A stretch of DNA of 64,000 nt from Hydrolagus affinis (lineage: Eukaryota), in the NCBI GenBank assembly GCA_012026655.1, contig JAAILG010000178.1:62001-126000 (forward strand), written 5' to 3'. Below the pieces are notes generated by a model. It was not told the origin of the DNA and made no database searches. It worked only from the letters and a program-made list of their open reading frames with translations. The position numbers and the translations under genes are program-made. Positions 50,263 through 63,728 of this stretch are shown here, piece by piece. Position 1 is the first letter of the stretch. Every line of letters starts with the position of its first letter.

Positions 50263-53200
50263 GTGGAGGGGAGTAAAAGCAGTAGATACATTTCAGAGCA
50301 GAAAACTTGATTTGTACTCTCACAATTCTCCCAATTTCTCTCACTGGGGAGTACAAAGAGTTATCCATCTGTCAGCTAAGCATACCTGCCTGGTGCCAAT
50401 AGTTTTTCAATGTTATTAGAAAAGCTGTAGATTTTCTCTGTTATTAAATAAGTGATTGTGTGAGCACTTTATACTGTATGGGAAGAGAACACTGATCTGC
50501 CCAAACTACTTTCTTAAAGTGGTCACAGCGGTAGCCTCGCTAGATTTATTCTGGTGTAGGCTGTGAAATGTGAAGTATAAACTGGGCATTAAAATCAAAT
50601 TTCAGAGTTATTAAATAAACTTGCCTGTCTGGGGATTGAGGTTCTTTATTGCACCACAGTATCTTCTCTGATCAAATTCGTTCAAGTTGCCTTCAACCTG
50701 TGCCAATATTGGGGAGAAAAAAATTGTTTCTGTTAGATTCTTCGCAGTCGTTCAGCTACAATATTGAGCTCTCTAACTATAAATCTGACAGTTTTAGCAA
50801 ATAATGGTGACTGTTCTGGTGGTACCCTCTCCTATTAGTGCTTTCCATGCCAGCAGGACATCTCAAAGTGCCTCAAAGGATACACTATCAAGTGCAATGA
50901 TTCTGTGTTCTGCAGGCCAAAACATTACCTTGAAAGACTGTAGCCTAGTCCATGATCAAGTATTGCTTTCAACAAAGTCTCTCAACTACACAGCACTATT
51001 CATGGTCACCTCAGTGATTTATTTCTCATCATTTGAACATTCCCAAACCTTTCACATGGTTTGAAACTGTGTTGACAAAATCATATTGCAAGGTTTCCAA
51101 CTCTAACTTGCTCATTCCCAGGATCTTAAGAGGGTGGATTTCCTAACCATCTCATAAAATCTACCTTTCAAGGTTTCCTTCATCTAATCTCTTCGACTTG
51201 CCTTATTTTGCTTCAACCCAGAAAAGGTAAAAATAATAATCCTTGCATTTGTTGCAACTTAACTTAATGAACAATTGTGGCAGCCATGGTCATTTTACTG
51301 TAAACAGGGGACATTTTGCATATTCTATTAAGAAATCATGAAACATTACCTTTTAAAATGGGGTTTACTTTTCCTGAGGCAGTGAACATTCTTGTGGGTG
51401 GTTTGATTCCAACATCAGTGGGTTGGCTCCCTTCACTCTTGGAGTTCCGAAGACTAAGGTTGTCTTTGACATGCACAGTTGAATGTTTATGAATGTGCAC
51501 CAGGTTTGGTTAGAGACTTGGAAACCCTTTCCCGCTTAAAGTTTGTGAATTTGCATTTGCAGAACTGTACGTTTTCTGCATTGAAGCTCACACGTTCAGC
51601 CCGACTGTGGAGCAATCATTTGCAGTTGCCTTGCCTTTTGATGACAGCTCTGGATCAGTGATGAGTTTATTTGATGAAGACATTTCTCAAAAGCCAGACC
51701 TGCATCTGAGTTCCCCAACGTATCGAGTACTTCTCTAAGGATCACTGCAATCCCTTTGACCTAAAGAAATGGCTTTGTCTGAGCCATTGTTCCTCTTTGT
51801 TTCTTCCTTTATGCTTCCAACCTCACCATCAGTTTCACCATCACTATCACTATAATTTCTCCCCAAGTAATGTGAAAAATACCTGAGTTTTTTCCAGTGT
51901 ATTCACACAATGTAAGGATCTCTGGCTGATCAACTATTTCCTGTAGATCTTCTATCTGCTGACCTGATGATGGTTCACGGCATTAAAGCGATGTGACTTC
52001 CTTGAAGAAAGCAAACAGAATTAGTTGCCTTTTTTCAAGAAATTCCACATTCCTTTAAGATATCACAACAGTTCCACTTATTCCACATTTGTTCAGTATT
52101 TTATCTAACTGGAAGAAATATTTTCTCTTCTAAATATATGCACACGTCAGCTAGATATATACACACACACACATATATGAAATTATTGATTCATACATGG
52201 TATCAATATTCTTTTTTAAAAAAAATCAATTATATTGATTTGGCATATTTAAAATATAAATATACTAGATATTTTGAATCTAGATAGAAGGCAGTAATAA
52301 ATCTGTACACCATTCAGCGACTGCAGTTATGAATAATTTTAGTATTAAAACAGATTCCAATGGTGTTTGCTTGATACAATCACTGCTCAAGTTGTTTTGT
52401 ACACCATGCTTCCACTATCAGCAGTCAGGCCATCATTAAGTAAAAGTACTGATTTACACCAACAACAATTTGCATTTATATAGCATCTCGGTGGTCTTAA
52501 AAGCTAAGCAAAATTACCCCACAATAGCATGAATTATTATTTCAAAGAAGATTTTAAAGTAACAAATAGCAACTGAAGCTGTTTTTAGAATTATTTGTTG
52601 CCTCAACTTTATAATCTATGACCTCTAACCCACTTTAAATTGTCCCTCTCCCAGACTGTCACTCCATTTCCTATGAGCAATATTCTCAAACTCCTGTGCT
52701 GATCAATGTCATTCTCTCTGCTTGTTCCCTTCTGGTCTATCACTATTTCTCCTAAGGCTCCATTTCTGCTGTCAATCTTACTCTCTCGGTTTCCTACCTG
52801 CCTTTATACTTTCACCAGTTTTTCGCTTGCAATTCCTTGTCTTTTAATTTTCACCATATTACATTTCCCTTTGAATAGGGCCATTTAATCTGACTCTCTC
52901 TTCCACTGCATCTTGTGTCACTGCTCACTGTTGTTTCTGTTACATGCAGAGTAACAATCCACTCACTCACCAGGGTCCCCAGTACTGTACTCCAGGTTGC
53001 TACTTCTTACTGTGTTGTACCACAGCCAGATTGTGCTTAAAATGCAGCTTGCTGATCTCTGGATTGAGGATTCTAGTTTTTAAAAAAATATATAATATTT
53101 TCTAAGTAAACAGTATAGGCACAATACAATACAAATCAATAGATTTGAGGAGTGGTTTATCCCTGTGGCTTCGCACATGGTCAATTCCCTTTAGCAAGAG

Positions 53201-54715
53201 ATAAATACTGTATTTGGAGAGCAAGACACATTAATGTTCCTTTTATCTCACAGCAGCCATTCATGAAGTAGTGTTGACAGAGGCTGGTGATGGCACACTG
53301 CTTATCCATTATGCCATTCGGTGGTTAACTGAAAAATAACTAGTTCAGCAGCAATCAATGCTTATTTTAGTGGTATGGAATTATCATTATTGCAATAACA
53401 CCTCTAGATCTGGCACCTGAGAAGCTTTATTATTGGTGTAATAGTTTCTCCCAAAGCTAAGAAACGCAAGTTGAAAAACTTTTTTTTGAACTAAAAGAAT
53501 TTCCAGCCCAGGAAAGCCCAGAAGGTGAAAATGACCTAGATCTTCCCATTCACTGTGCAAACAGACCACTTACATACATACCAGGCTGGATTTATTTATA
53601 CTTCCTGACCACAAGAACAGTAAAAACACATCAGATATTCACTTGCTCAGAGAGTTTAACATTCTTTCGTTTACCTGCAGTGGTTCTAGATTCAGAAAGG
53701 AGTGAGAAGTAGAACTGGAAAAGAATCTAAAACCGGCCATATTATCCAGGGAAAATGAACCAGTTGAACAGCTTTCCTCAGGAATTCTGTCAATATCATC
53801 AGGATTGTGAAAATTCTGCTGTCCTTCAGTCACATGGACATCGAATCTTGCATTTACACTACCAGCATTTTCAGCTGAAGCAAAACAGACTGTAAAACTT
53901 AGCACCTCGATCATTTTTAAAAAATCTTTCTTAAACAGTTCTCAGTCGTGAAAGAAATGGCAGTGTGTGCTATTTTTCTGTCCTTAAGGTACTCTCCCAG
54001 TGATATTTATAGATACTACAAGGCAATAATAGGAAGCTGTAAATTAGTTCAGGTTCTGTGAAAAGACATGAAACTATTAAATTGTCAGCTTCTTTGTTTA
54101 GCCTGTTCCTCCAGTGCCCGAACGGATTTATGGATTTATGCAATAATATTTCTTGTAATAACTTTACAAGCCTGCTAGGGTTCAATCACAGACACTGTAT
54201 GTGAAACATTACGATATGTTACAGTCTACTGTACAGGATTACAGTCCTGTCTAAATTATGCCATGTAAAGTATTTGTTGTGGGGTGGGGTTGGGGGTGGG
54301 GTGGGTGGAGGAATAGATATCACAGCTAAAATAGTACCTTTTAAAGTCATTTTTGACAGCAATTCCACAGCTATTGTATTGACTTGACCCATGCCTTGTT
54401 GATGGTCATCTAACTCAGTTTTTAGGAAATCCACTTTTTCTCTTCCCCTGAAATGACATCCGTTTGCATTTTCCATAAGAATTTGACAGCCACATTTCAA
54501 CTACGATATTGAGTAAGGGATGTCTGGAATAAAATAGTAGAGGAGGCTTGATGATAAGTACTGCTGAAAACTCACAAAGTTCTTTCAGTCACAGCTAAAT
54601 CCATTGAAGGGCTTTGATTACTCTCAAGAGCCTCCACTTGTTCAGCGAAGGATAAAACCAACGGGACATTGATAGCTTCCCGATCAAAACTCACTCCTAT
54701 AATGAGGGAAGAGAC

Positions 54716-54825
54716 AACAACAACAACAACAACGACAACTTCGATTTATATAGTGCCCTCCAAGCCGGACGGCGTCTCAGAGCGCTTCACAGTAGCGGAT
54801 CCCGGGACCAAGCCAGGGGCAGGGG
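54716..54825 (-). mobile_element. L2 extreme 3' end
   Basis: (CAA)n tail followed by the same 3' UTR as the 21273 and 49789 copies. Confidence 0.8.
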
Positions 54826-54853
54826 CAGAGACAAATGCCACTTGTTAATGCAG

Positions 54854-55155
54854 ATAATAATAATAATCATCCTTGCATTTGAAATGCTGCTTTTCAAATC
54901 TTCTAGACATCTCAAAGCGCTTCACAGAATATGCTGTGAAGTGAATCCACCGTACATTTTGGTGGGTAAAACATGGCAGCCAATTGCACACAATTGGCTG
55001 CCACAAACAGTCATGGATTAAATTGCCAATTTTTTTATGGATTATTATTAAGCATGTGGAGTAAGGAAACTTGTCCAAGGTTTCGCCCGGCTGGGAATTA
55101 AACCCAGCTCTCTCGCTTGTAAGGTGAGTGCTCTAAACACTGAGCTAAAGGACTC
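54854..55155 (-). mobile_element. tRNA-derived Deu-type SINE, full length
   Basis: Same family. Confidence 0.88.
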
Positions 55156-56189
55156 CTGGACTGAGGCTACAGGACAGAGCTAATAGCAGAGGGAACAGTT
55201 AGAAGGATGTTTTAGGAATGCAAAATAAACATCCCTTTGTGTTATGAGCAGTCACCTAGAGACTATAAGATCACAGTGTTGAATCCACAGTAACTGAAGT
55301 CAATAACTAATGAGAAAGGCATATACTGTAAAATCTAGCCCTAGTCACTGAAACTTTCACACATCACAATAAAACTGCTTAACATTTACAACCAAAGATT
55401 TTTTTAATATGCTTTTCATATTTTATTGTGGTTTAATACAGCAGACTGAACACAGCAAACTTGCAATTTACTGTACTTGCAACTATAGAGTTTTAGGAAT
55501 CATGATGATGCAGGACTCCATTTGATTTTATATAAACTCTTATTAAGGGTATAATAAATTGGGTTTATAGGCTTTAAGGCATTTTTGGGGAGGACAGGTT
55601 TCAGCAAAGCATTGACTGCCAATCTGAATCAAATTAATGGCCAAAGGCAGAAAGGACTGGGACAGGGACAGAAACACAGGATTGGTTAGGGACTAGGCAC
55701 CAGGGTTATGGGTATGAAATCAGGAACAGAGATAATTAAAATAGATCAGGACAGACAGTCAATTAAACTTGTTTTTGTTTCTATAGCTGGGAGGCTCTGT
55801 GTCTTTAGAAGACCCATGAGGCCCTAAATTCCACTCGGTTTTAGGCTTGAAAATAATTTTACCTTAAAAAAGTTAGAATCGTGCCGAATTGTGAATAACT
55901 ATTAAATTCTGGAATCCTGTTCATTTTCGGGGTGAAAAAGATTCCAAATTGAAACTAAATATGATAACTTATTACCATTCACAACAAGCAAAGCCTTGGT
56001 AGAATATTCACCTTTTCAAATGTGTGACCATGTATTAACCCTGAAGATCCCAGATCAGATTTTGTCTCCTCTTCTATAAGTGCAATATCCATACTAATCC
56101 AAAACTGGCTTCTCTCCGAATGCTTGAGATCAGATTGCAGTAAGTCTGGCTCAGTATCCTTACCCGCTGGTATATTAGATTTATAAGCC

Positions 56190-56340
56190 CAAAAAGAAGC
56201 CATTTGGTCCATCACGTATGTACTCTTTACAAGAGTAATCCATTCAGTCCCATTTACCTGACTTTTCCCCATACCCCTACAATTTACTGCGGGTTAAATA
56301 TCTATCTGGTTCCCTATTGAAAGCTAAGATAGATTTTGCT
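56190..56340 (-). mobile_element. Old CR1 3' fragment
   Basis: AGAAGCCATTTGGTCCATC...TTTTCCCCATACCCCT...TATCTA pattern similar to the 15321 copy. Confidence 0.45.
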
Positions 56341-59300
56341 TCTTTTGCTAATTATCTTGAAATAGGAGTTGGACTCTCTTAAACTCCTGATTACTGAAGA
56401 TTTCTCGATATGAGATATTCCTTATTATTAATTATTACACGACTTTTACCTAAGGGCTACATGATCTTACAAACTTACATCTTTTTATTTCTTTTGTAGT
56501 ACTGACTACCTGATCTATTACTATAATCTTCTATGAACTAAAACCATTTCATAATTTAACAGAAAGAAAGATTCACAATGAAATGAAATCCTTTTTCCCC
56601 ATTGCTCATATGTAATCATCCAAAGTAGGAGAAAGTATATCTTTTGGAAAAAAATGTGGTTATTACTAAACAGGAACATGTGCCAGGGCCAGACAAATTA
56701 TTTAATATTATGTGTAAATGCATTTACCTTTCAGAAATATTCAATCAACTTGACTGATCAGAGCAGCAAACACGCCTTATGTAAAATTATGTCCTCACTA
56801 CACAACACTCTTCAATTTATAATTTAAAATTATTTTATTCCATGTTTAACAAACAAATCTCATTTAATTGTTTGGCTCTACCATCAGACAAGTTTTATAA
56901 TGGACACTGCTGAGAGCCATCTCCAGGTGTCATGTGCAGCAAGGGAACCAGGGAATAGAAGAAAAAGTTTCAACTGCAACGAAAGGGGTAGAAAAAATCT
57001 GTTTACCTTTCAGGGTGTATTGGGTGGGTTTAGTATCAATGCATTTGTGATCTGAAGGTTGCTCATATATGGGGCTTGTTCTTGTTCGCTCTGGAACGTC
57101 CTGTGGCTGTTGTGCTTGTGCAGTGATGAAATTGTGTTTTCCACCATGATTGTCTGTTCCTTCCAGATCCTCATGTACCTTTTGTAAGATTTCATCCAGA
57201 AACGAATGTTCCATATCACACGAAAATCCATCTCTTAAAAGTGGTTCATATGAGACTTCTTGTGAATTCATCTTGATCTGCGCATGGTCAAACTTCAGAT
57301 GCAAATTCGTTTAAGGTATATGAATCACTATCAAGCACCTGGCCTGAGCTGTATGATGAGATTTGTTTGTCCAGCTGGCCAGAATGAAGTAAGGAATATT
57401 GTGTGTCATCAGAGAAGACTGCAGTCTTTAACTGTAACTCATCTATATCAGGAGTGGAGTCAGGCACCCTTAGATCAGACCCATCACCAGACCTATGCTG
57501 TTAATAAATACAATTACATCTCCGCATCACAATCCCTCTAATAACTTCTAAACTACAAATTGATCATCTCAGAAGCAAAATTAAATTCTACAGTCTGATG
57601 TTTTCAAAAATAGTCTTATTGTCATAATATGTTTTTGGTAAATTTTGCATCAACAAGACAAATGTGCAGAATGCAAGCAAACTATACTGTTCCTTACTGC
57701 CAGTATATTTTAAATAGAAAGTTCATAGGTTTATTTACAATACAAGCAATTATATTTCTGATAGTATTAATGATTCAGTCTGTATCTCTGGGGACAGCTG
57801 TATTGTGCAGTTTCATGTAGTATAATTCTTCAGAACTGATCAGGCTACTGGCAGTACTATCTAAATGACAGACAGCTGAAGTTAGGTGCTGCTTATACAA
57901 CAAATGTCCCCATCCCCGCAGACATAAGAAACTCCCTTCTCCTTATGAACCGTGCCACCGGATCATTAAAGTCCCTCTGAACTGACAGCAATAATATATC
58001 CACATCATGCTGTCTCCACACAAAAGTTCCACAACACAGTTCAGCAATGTTTTGCTGGACAAGAACAATCGTAAACCACTGGAATATTTGAAAGGGCAGG
58101 CTTCAATTATTTTTCAAGAGAAATACTCTTTCATATATCTCTTAACCTTTGTCCATATTAAGGGTGATCAGTTACATAGAAAGAATCACAGTTGCCTGTT
58201 GTCTTGCTAAAGTCGTGGTTTTAGATTTTTTCCCGAAGAAGCTAAAAACACTACTGACCACAGATTGTCAAATCAAATTGTTAGTTACCATGTATGCGTT
58301 TATTTAACTGCAATAGAACATAATGAGTAATTACCTTGTAACTGATTCTGATTGCTGCATGTGAGCCACTGTTTTTCTCAGCAAACCAATAAAGATGCCT
58401 TGTGATATGGGATGACAGGTCTGGACAGATAATGGTCTCTGTTCACCTGCTAATTAAAACAAACGTTGAGCTTCTATTACAACAAGCCTCTGGATCTTGG
58501 CTATAAATTATACGTATTTTACTTATCAATAAATATACTTTGAAGCCATGACACTAACATTAAAAAAGGATACAAAAAAATATTGTAGAAACCAGCGAGA
58601 TAAATTTCGAGGACCTTGGATGACAAAGTACTTGCACATGTACATGACTGAACCATTTAACGTGTCAATTACCAGGATTATTTCTGAGCACCCTTTGAAT
58701 AGATGAAGCATTTCTATAAACTGGAAAGATGTCATGTCATGTGGACCATAGATAATTCAGCAGTTGAATTAATACAAACTAATACTGTACATCAATAAAG
58801 AATGAAAATAGGTTTTGTGTAACCACTCATTCTTTTGAACACAAATCAATAATCAACACTCAGGTGCAACGAGAAAAACAGTGAGACTTGAACAATCATG
58901 GAACAATTTGGATCCATTTGATCCTTAAGATCTAATTTGAAAGCCAGTTTTGGAACATGGCAGAAATTCTACTTTGAAAAAAACAACAACGATTGATCCA
59001 TTTTCGGGTATAGTTGAAGTCGAATTTTTCTCCCTCTTGTTATATGAATGGGAACAAATTCTACCCTCTATGTGGTTATCAAAGGACAATCAGAGCAACG
59101 GAAGCCATTACCCATTTCACACTGTGAAACCTGTCATTTGACACCGTAATGAGCACCAGCAGACATTCATTTTAAATTTACTGTTTTTCTTAAGGAAATT
59201 AATTTTCAAAATTTGCAGTAAAGCAATGTAACCTACAATTGTCCTCAGCAATAAATGGCTCTCCTGCTTTGATTAAATATCTCAGAGTGGGTATTCCATC

Positions 59301-62300
59301 AACATTGGAAGCCGTTTATTGAATCCCGCACACCTGATAACTCTGAGTCATCATTTAATCACACCTTACGGCCGGTTTCTGGTCTTTATTGCATTTAACC
59401 CTTTCCGACACCATGGAGCTCCGATGGAAAGCCAAAGCAACCTTGAAACGATTTGAGTAGCAAAATCGCTTTTACGTTTCCCACTCCCCCACCGCAATAT
59501 TATTTTCATAACAAATCAATTGATAGCAGAAATGCTGCGCTGCTCGCAAATTTTTGACCAGCACTTAAAATTTATGAGTAACCCAACATTTATAGCATAA
59601 TTTGATTCAGCACGAAAATGGTGTTAAAACAGTTTGCGGTTTCCACCGAGTGAAATTGATTCTGGTCTCGGGTCGTCTGTCTAATCCATTCTTCAGAAGA
59701 TGCTTTCGAAGGGGAAAGTAACTTGCAATCCGCTGCAGTATAAATACAAATTCGATCCATAATTTACTGCCAGTACATTAACAATAAACAGAAGTTACAC
59801 AACACTATTTACTATACAAGAATATATACAGTAAATTCACAGTATGTTCTGTGAAGTATTTTGTTAAGGCTCTACTCACTACTTTCCTCCTGCAAGTGTT
59901 TTCCGAAAGGCCAGAAGTATTCTAACATTTTAAATTAACCATAACTTTTTTTAAAAATATTGTTTCCCCTAAATTATTTCACATACATTCTATGCATGAT
60001 TGAATCGCAGGCCCCAATGTTTCCACTGCACATAAGCTGGTGTGCCCATGTCTGTGGATCCAGCAAAATAATTTCACGTAATTTGGTGCGAGCAAAAAGA
60101 ATGTCCCCACTCACAAATCGATCTTGAGGTGGAAGATATATCGCATCGCTTCCAGCACCATAAATGGGGCATAAATCACTTTGATGCAAAACAGTTTTGC
60201 ATCAAAGGTCAGTGTTTGTAAATTGGAGGATAGAAGACAAAGAAGACTATAAAGAAATTCAAAAGCAGGAATGCAAGGCCAGCGAGAAATGATTAATTGT
60301 TATGGGTATAAATCTGAGTTAAAATTACTTTCAGAGAGCAGGAAATGGGACAATGAGTGGAAAGCAGTAGGCAGGAAGTTACTTTGAAAAAGTAGATGAT
60401 GAAGGTTGAATCTTGCACCTATGATAATTTCTAATGTTACAAGCAATTCACCCTTTTATTAACATGCAGCTTTAGGTTGAGAATTATTAATTTTATACTT
60501 TTTTTTAAATGCTCATTTAAATTGCAGCATTATGACTGATATAATGTGATAATATTAAAGGTAATGAACTGTACAGATTTTGTATGTGTGTAATTCAATA
60601 TAGATTTACAATATTAGTTTGTATCACAAGATTTGCTTATGAGGCAATAATGCACACTTCAATTGCACCTGAAGGGAATACTGAAGCACTTCTCATCTCA
60701 TTTGAGGTGGTGTGTTAGAGGTGACCTTGTTTCCCATTTGAAAGGATTTGAATTTTAATCTTAGAACTTTTCTAAATGTTTAGACTAGGCTGAAATAGGA
60801 ATACCATTCTTCACCTTATACTCAGTGCTGGTTCAGAACATAGTCATATACACATCACATTTATTTGTGCTCAGCTAGTTTCAAATCCAATACTGTACCA
60901 AGAGCATAAATTCTTAATACAGTCATATCTTATGTTGCATTCTAATGTAGTTTGATACATAATTCATTTATCTTCGGATTTCCAAAGGTAACCAAAGGGT
61001 CAATGCTTGTTACCTAACCACTATGGTTAGTTATTCAATTCATCCTTTCCATTTGTTGCATACTTGTTGCATTTTCCCAGTCATTGTCTGAAACAGGATC
61101 AGAGACTGCACTCCAACACAGGCACTCGACAAGTTTCTGAAACTGTGGGGGAAAAAACCGCCTAGGTACAGAGTGGTTTGCAAGAAGCCACTTGTATTTG
61201 TATGGAAAGTGCAGAAATATTCAGCTAATCATGCACAGGTTACAGGAACTAAATAGGTCATTCTGATAACTTTCAACTCAACACTGAAACACTTAAAACA
61301 TACTTGCATGGGATGTTACGAGATGGTCTTTGCATGTGAATTTGTTCAGAGTTGGTCAGTGGTGGGATGGAAGGCACACCTTTCCAAATGTTTTCAGTTG
61401 GATGGATTTTTCTTACACATGTTAGGCTTGACCCTTTGCTCTGCATTAATTGCAAATATATTCTTGTAAGCGATGTGCGATACATTTATTAGAAAATATA
61501 TATTTTAAAAAACAATGTATAACAAAAAGCAGAGCCTCTTGAGGCTGCAAATGCCCAGCTCTTTATTGGGCCCTCAGTAAGCTGAATATAGTAAACTGAA
61601 TGTTATGTAATAAGTTGCTTCTAAGTTTGACTTTCAGACACAGAGTATTCTCAACAACATCACAAGAACATTCCTCAACAAAAGAAGCAAATTCCCAATT
61701 AGAAGGCACCAATTTGTTCCGAATTTTATATCCAGGAAAGGAAATTTTATTTACTGCGCTATTTTTTTTACGGCCACTTTTTTGTTTGTGTCTCCCCATT
61801 GGGTATTCCCATCTGGAAATGCGTGGCAAGTAAGAGCACAGCTTTCTTCACAAAACTGTTGTTTCGTGGAGATAGGCTGCTGGTGAAGACCGATGAGGTG
61901 ACTGTGGCCATTGATCACGCTGTGTGGCAGAGTTCAGGCTCCCAGCACTCTGTCTAAGCAGTCTGCCTCAAAAATTGATAGAAGCACCTTTAGTAATGGT
62001 GCGGCAGGCTGTAGAGCGATACTTGTCGTTGTGAGCACATGTGAAGGAACTGCTGTCTACTGCGTTATCAGTGACGTCTTCCCCTAACAGGGAGATGAGA
62101 AATACGGAGATCAGTAGCTTTCAACCCACGTTCCCACCCAATTCCAATTCTACAACAACTTGGATTTAGATTATGAAATTCAACTATTTGTAATGATTTT
62201 ATAACTCTAATGTACTGCCGTATTCTAACATATTTTGTGATGCAAGAAGCTGACACTGAATACAGTACTATATAATGACAGCAATAATAATCCAAGCATC

Positions 62301-62598
62301 TCATCACTTGGTCGAGCCTTCTCAAAGCGTCTCACAGGAATGACTTTATCTGCATTTTATAATGACTTTTCAATCGCAGAACACTTCAACATTAGATTTT
62401 TCTTCCCTGCTCTACAAATAAATTTGGATGTGCATCTCAAAAAAAACGATGGTTTACACTGGCTGGATTTTAAAAGAATAAACCAATTTGAATAAAATAT
62501 TTTAATACTTTAAAAGAATAAAATAATTTGAATGCATTTCCGACAACTTTGAAAAAAATGAGGAAACAGAGTTAATTAAAGAACATTCCAATAAATAC

Positions 62599-62743
62599 CT
62601 GTTTTTTTGCCCTGAAGGGCAAAATCAGCAGCTCCTTCAATAAACCCAGCTCCAAATAGCTTTCAAAAAAATCTCCAACCATTTCATCAATATAGTCTTC
62701 ACACACTTGTCCCCTGAGCACATGCCATGCCTCTGTAATGCAC
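62599..62743 (-). CDS. AHCTF1: AHCTF1/ELYS-like exon (CITEAWHVLR...ELGLLKELLILPFRAKKQ)
   Basis: Matches recalled ELYS CMVEAWNFLR...EMGLMEDLLKLPFTDTEQ. Phase 2-0, joining the upstream exon in frame. Absent from the ORF track. Confidence 0.8.
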
Positions 62744-63400
62744 CTGAAGCAATTTAATAAACTTCAGTCAGTGTCGACATTGAATTTAAATTTTGTGTGA
62801 TGAAGCTGTGAATTCACAGTACAGTACGTTCTACCAGGGCAATGTTTTTCTTATTGCGCTGTTAATCAGCTTCTGTCAAAAGAATCTTGCCTAATTATTG
62901 AGACACAAACTGTATAATTGTTCTGTGTGTTGGTTGCCGGTGACATTGTGGCGTGGTCTCGCTTCTAATGTGGGAGTGAAAAATTCACTGTCCTATTCCT
63001 TTGGTGCTCATCATAAACATGAACTGTCAGTGAAGTCAAAGGTTAAATAAGAAAGTTATTGAACTGTCTGATTGGATTTTCTGATTGGAGTTAACAAGAG
63101 CGCGTTTCTTTTTTCCCCATCCGAATTAAAACAAATCTATATTTGTTTCAACAGAAAAACCCTTCCAAACCTTATTTAATGTGTGCAATGCCTCTATCAA
63201 TGGTTGCCTCAACCAATTGAAGAGGCTGGAGGTGCAAGTTATAGCAGCCTAAACTGTTACCAAGGATGGGGTAAAGAAACAAGCCATCTAACAGGACAGG
63301 TGACTTAAGAGTAATATGATCTTCCAAGATGCATTTTATTGCTTATACGCACAAAAGATCATTTACTTTTATTCTGTGATGCATTTGCCATCTTGCCTAC

Positions 63401-63591
63401 CTGTTGTGAAGCAGCACAGCGATATGTAACTTGCGCTCCTCCAGATTTGCTGGTCTCATAAACTGAATGTATAATGTATTTGAGTGCACCTTGAAACTCT
63501 TCAACAATGCTTTAGTAATGCACGCTGGATGCCATGGAAGCCAGGACCTGACCAGTAGCAAGGACGGATGAAGTAGCACATCTAACACAGC
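63401..63591 (-). CDS. AHCTF1: AHCTF1/ELYS-like exon (AVLDVLLHP...YIQFMRP...LHIAVLLHNR)
   Basis: Resembles the ELYS helical-domain segment as I recall it (LDLLFHP...W...YIQTMKP...LHLTVLLFNR). TTGCAG acceptor, phase-2 GTAGGC donor. Divergent, with an internal compensated frameshift. Confidence 0.75.
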
Positions 63592-63645
63592 CTGCAATAC
63601 AGTACGATTTTTTTTTGTACACGCTTTTCAGTATGGCCACTTTTG

Positions 63646-63728
63646 TGGAGTCCTGCAGTTCAGTGGTTAGAGCACTTAACTTATAAGCGAGAGACCTTGG
63701 TTCAATTCCAGACAGGGTGAAACCTTGG
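63646..63728 (+). mobile_element. SINE tRNA-like head only
   Basis: GGAGTCCTGCAGTTCAGTGGTTAGAGCA...GGTTCAATTCCAGACAGGGTGAAACCTTGG. Confidence 0.75.

Larger units (their letters stand above)
51640..58450 (-). pseudogene. Probable decayed downstream exons of the AHCTF1/ELYS-like gene
   Basis: Splice-flanked, acidic/Ser-rich blocks at ~58335-58447 (EQRPLS..IFI), ~57007-57497, 56012-56166, ~54577-54696, ~53675-53874 and ~51640-52000. The 57 kb block has an in-frame TGA (..FASEV*) and a frameshift. The 52 kb block has stops and frame changes. Phases do not chain cleanly. Confidence 0.4.

Noticed and set aside
49805-50368. 187-aa Pro/Ser-rich ORF
   Set aside because: Alternative frame of the L2 fragment
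59395-59945. piggyBac-like TTAACCCTTT terminus
   Set aside because: No convincing matching inverted end or transposase found
61050-62090. Further splice-flanked segments downstream of the ELYS-like exons
   Set aside because: No recognisable ELYS similarity and no consistent frame or phase, so not called as exons
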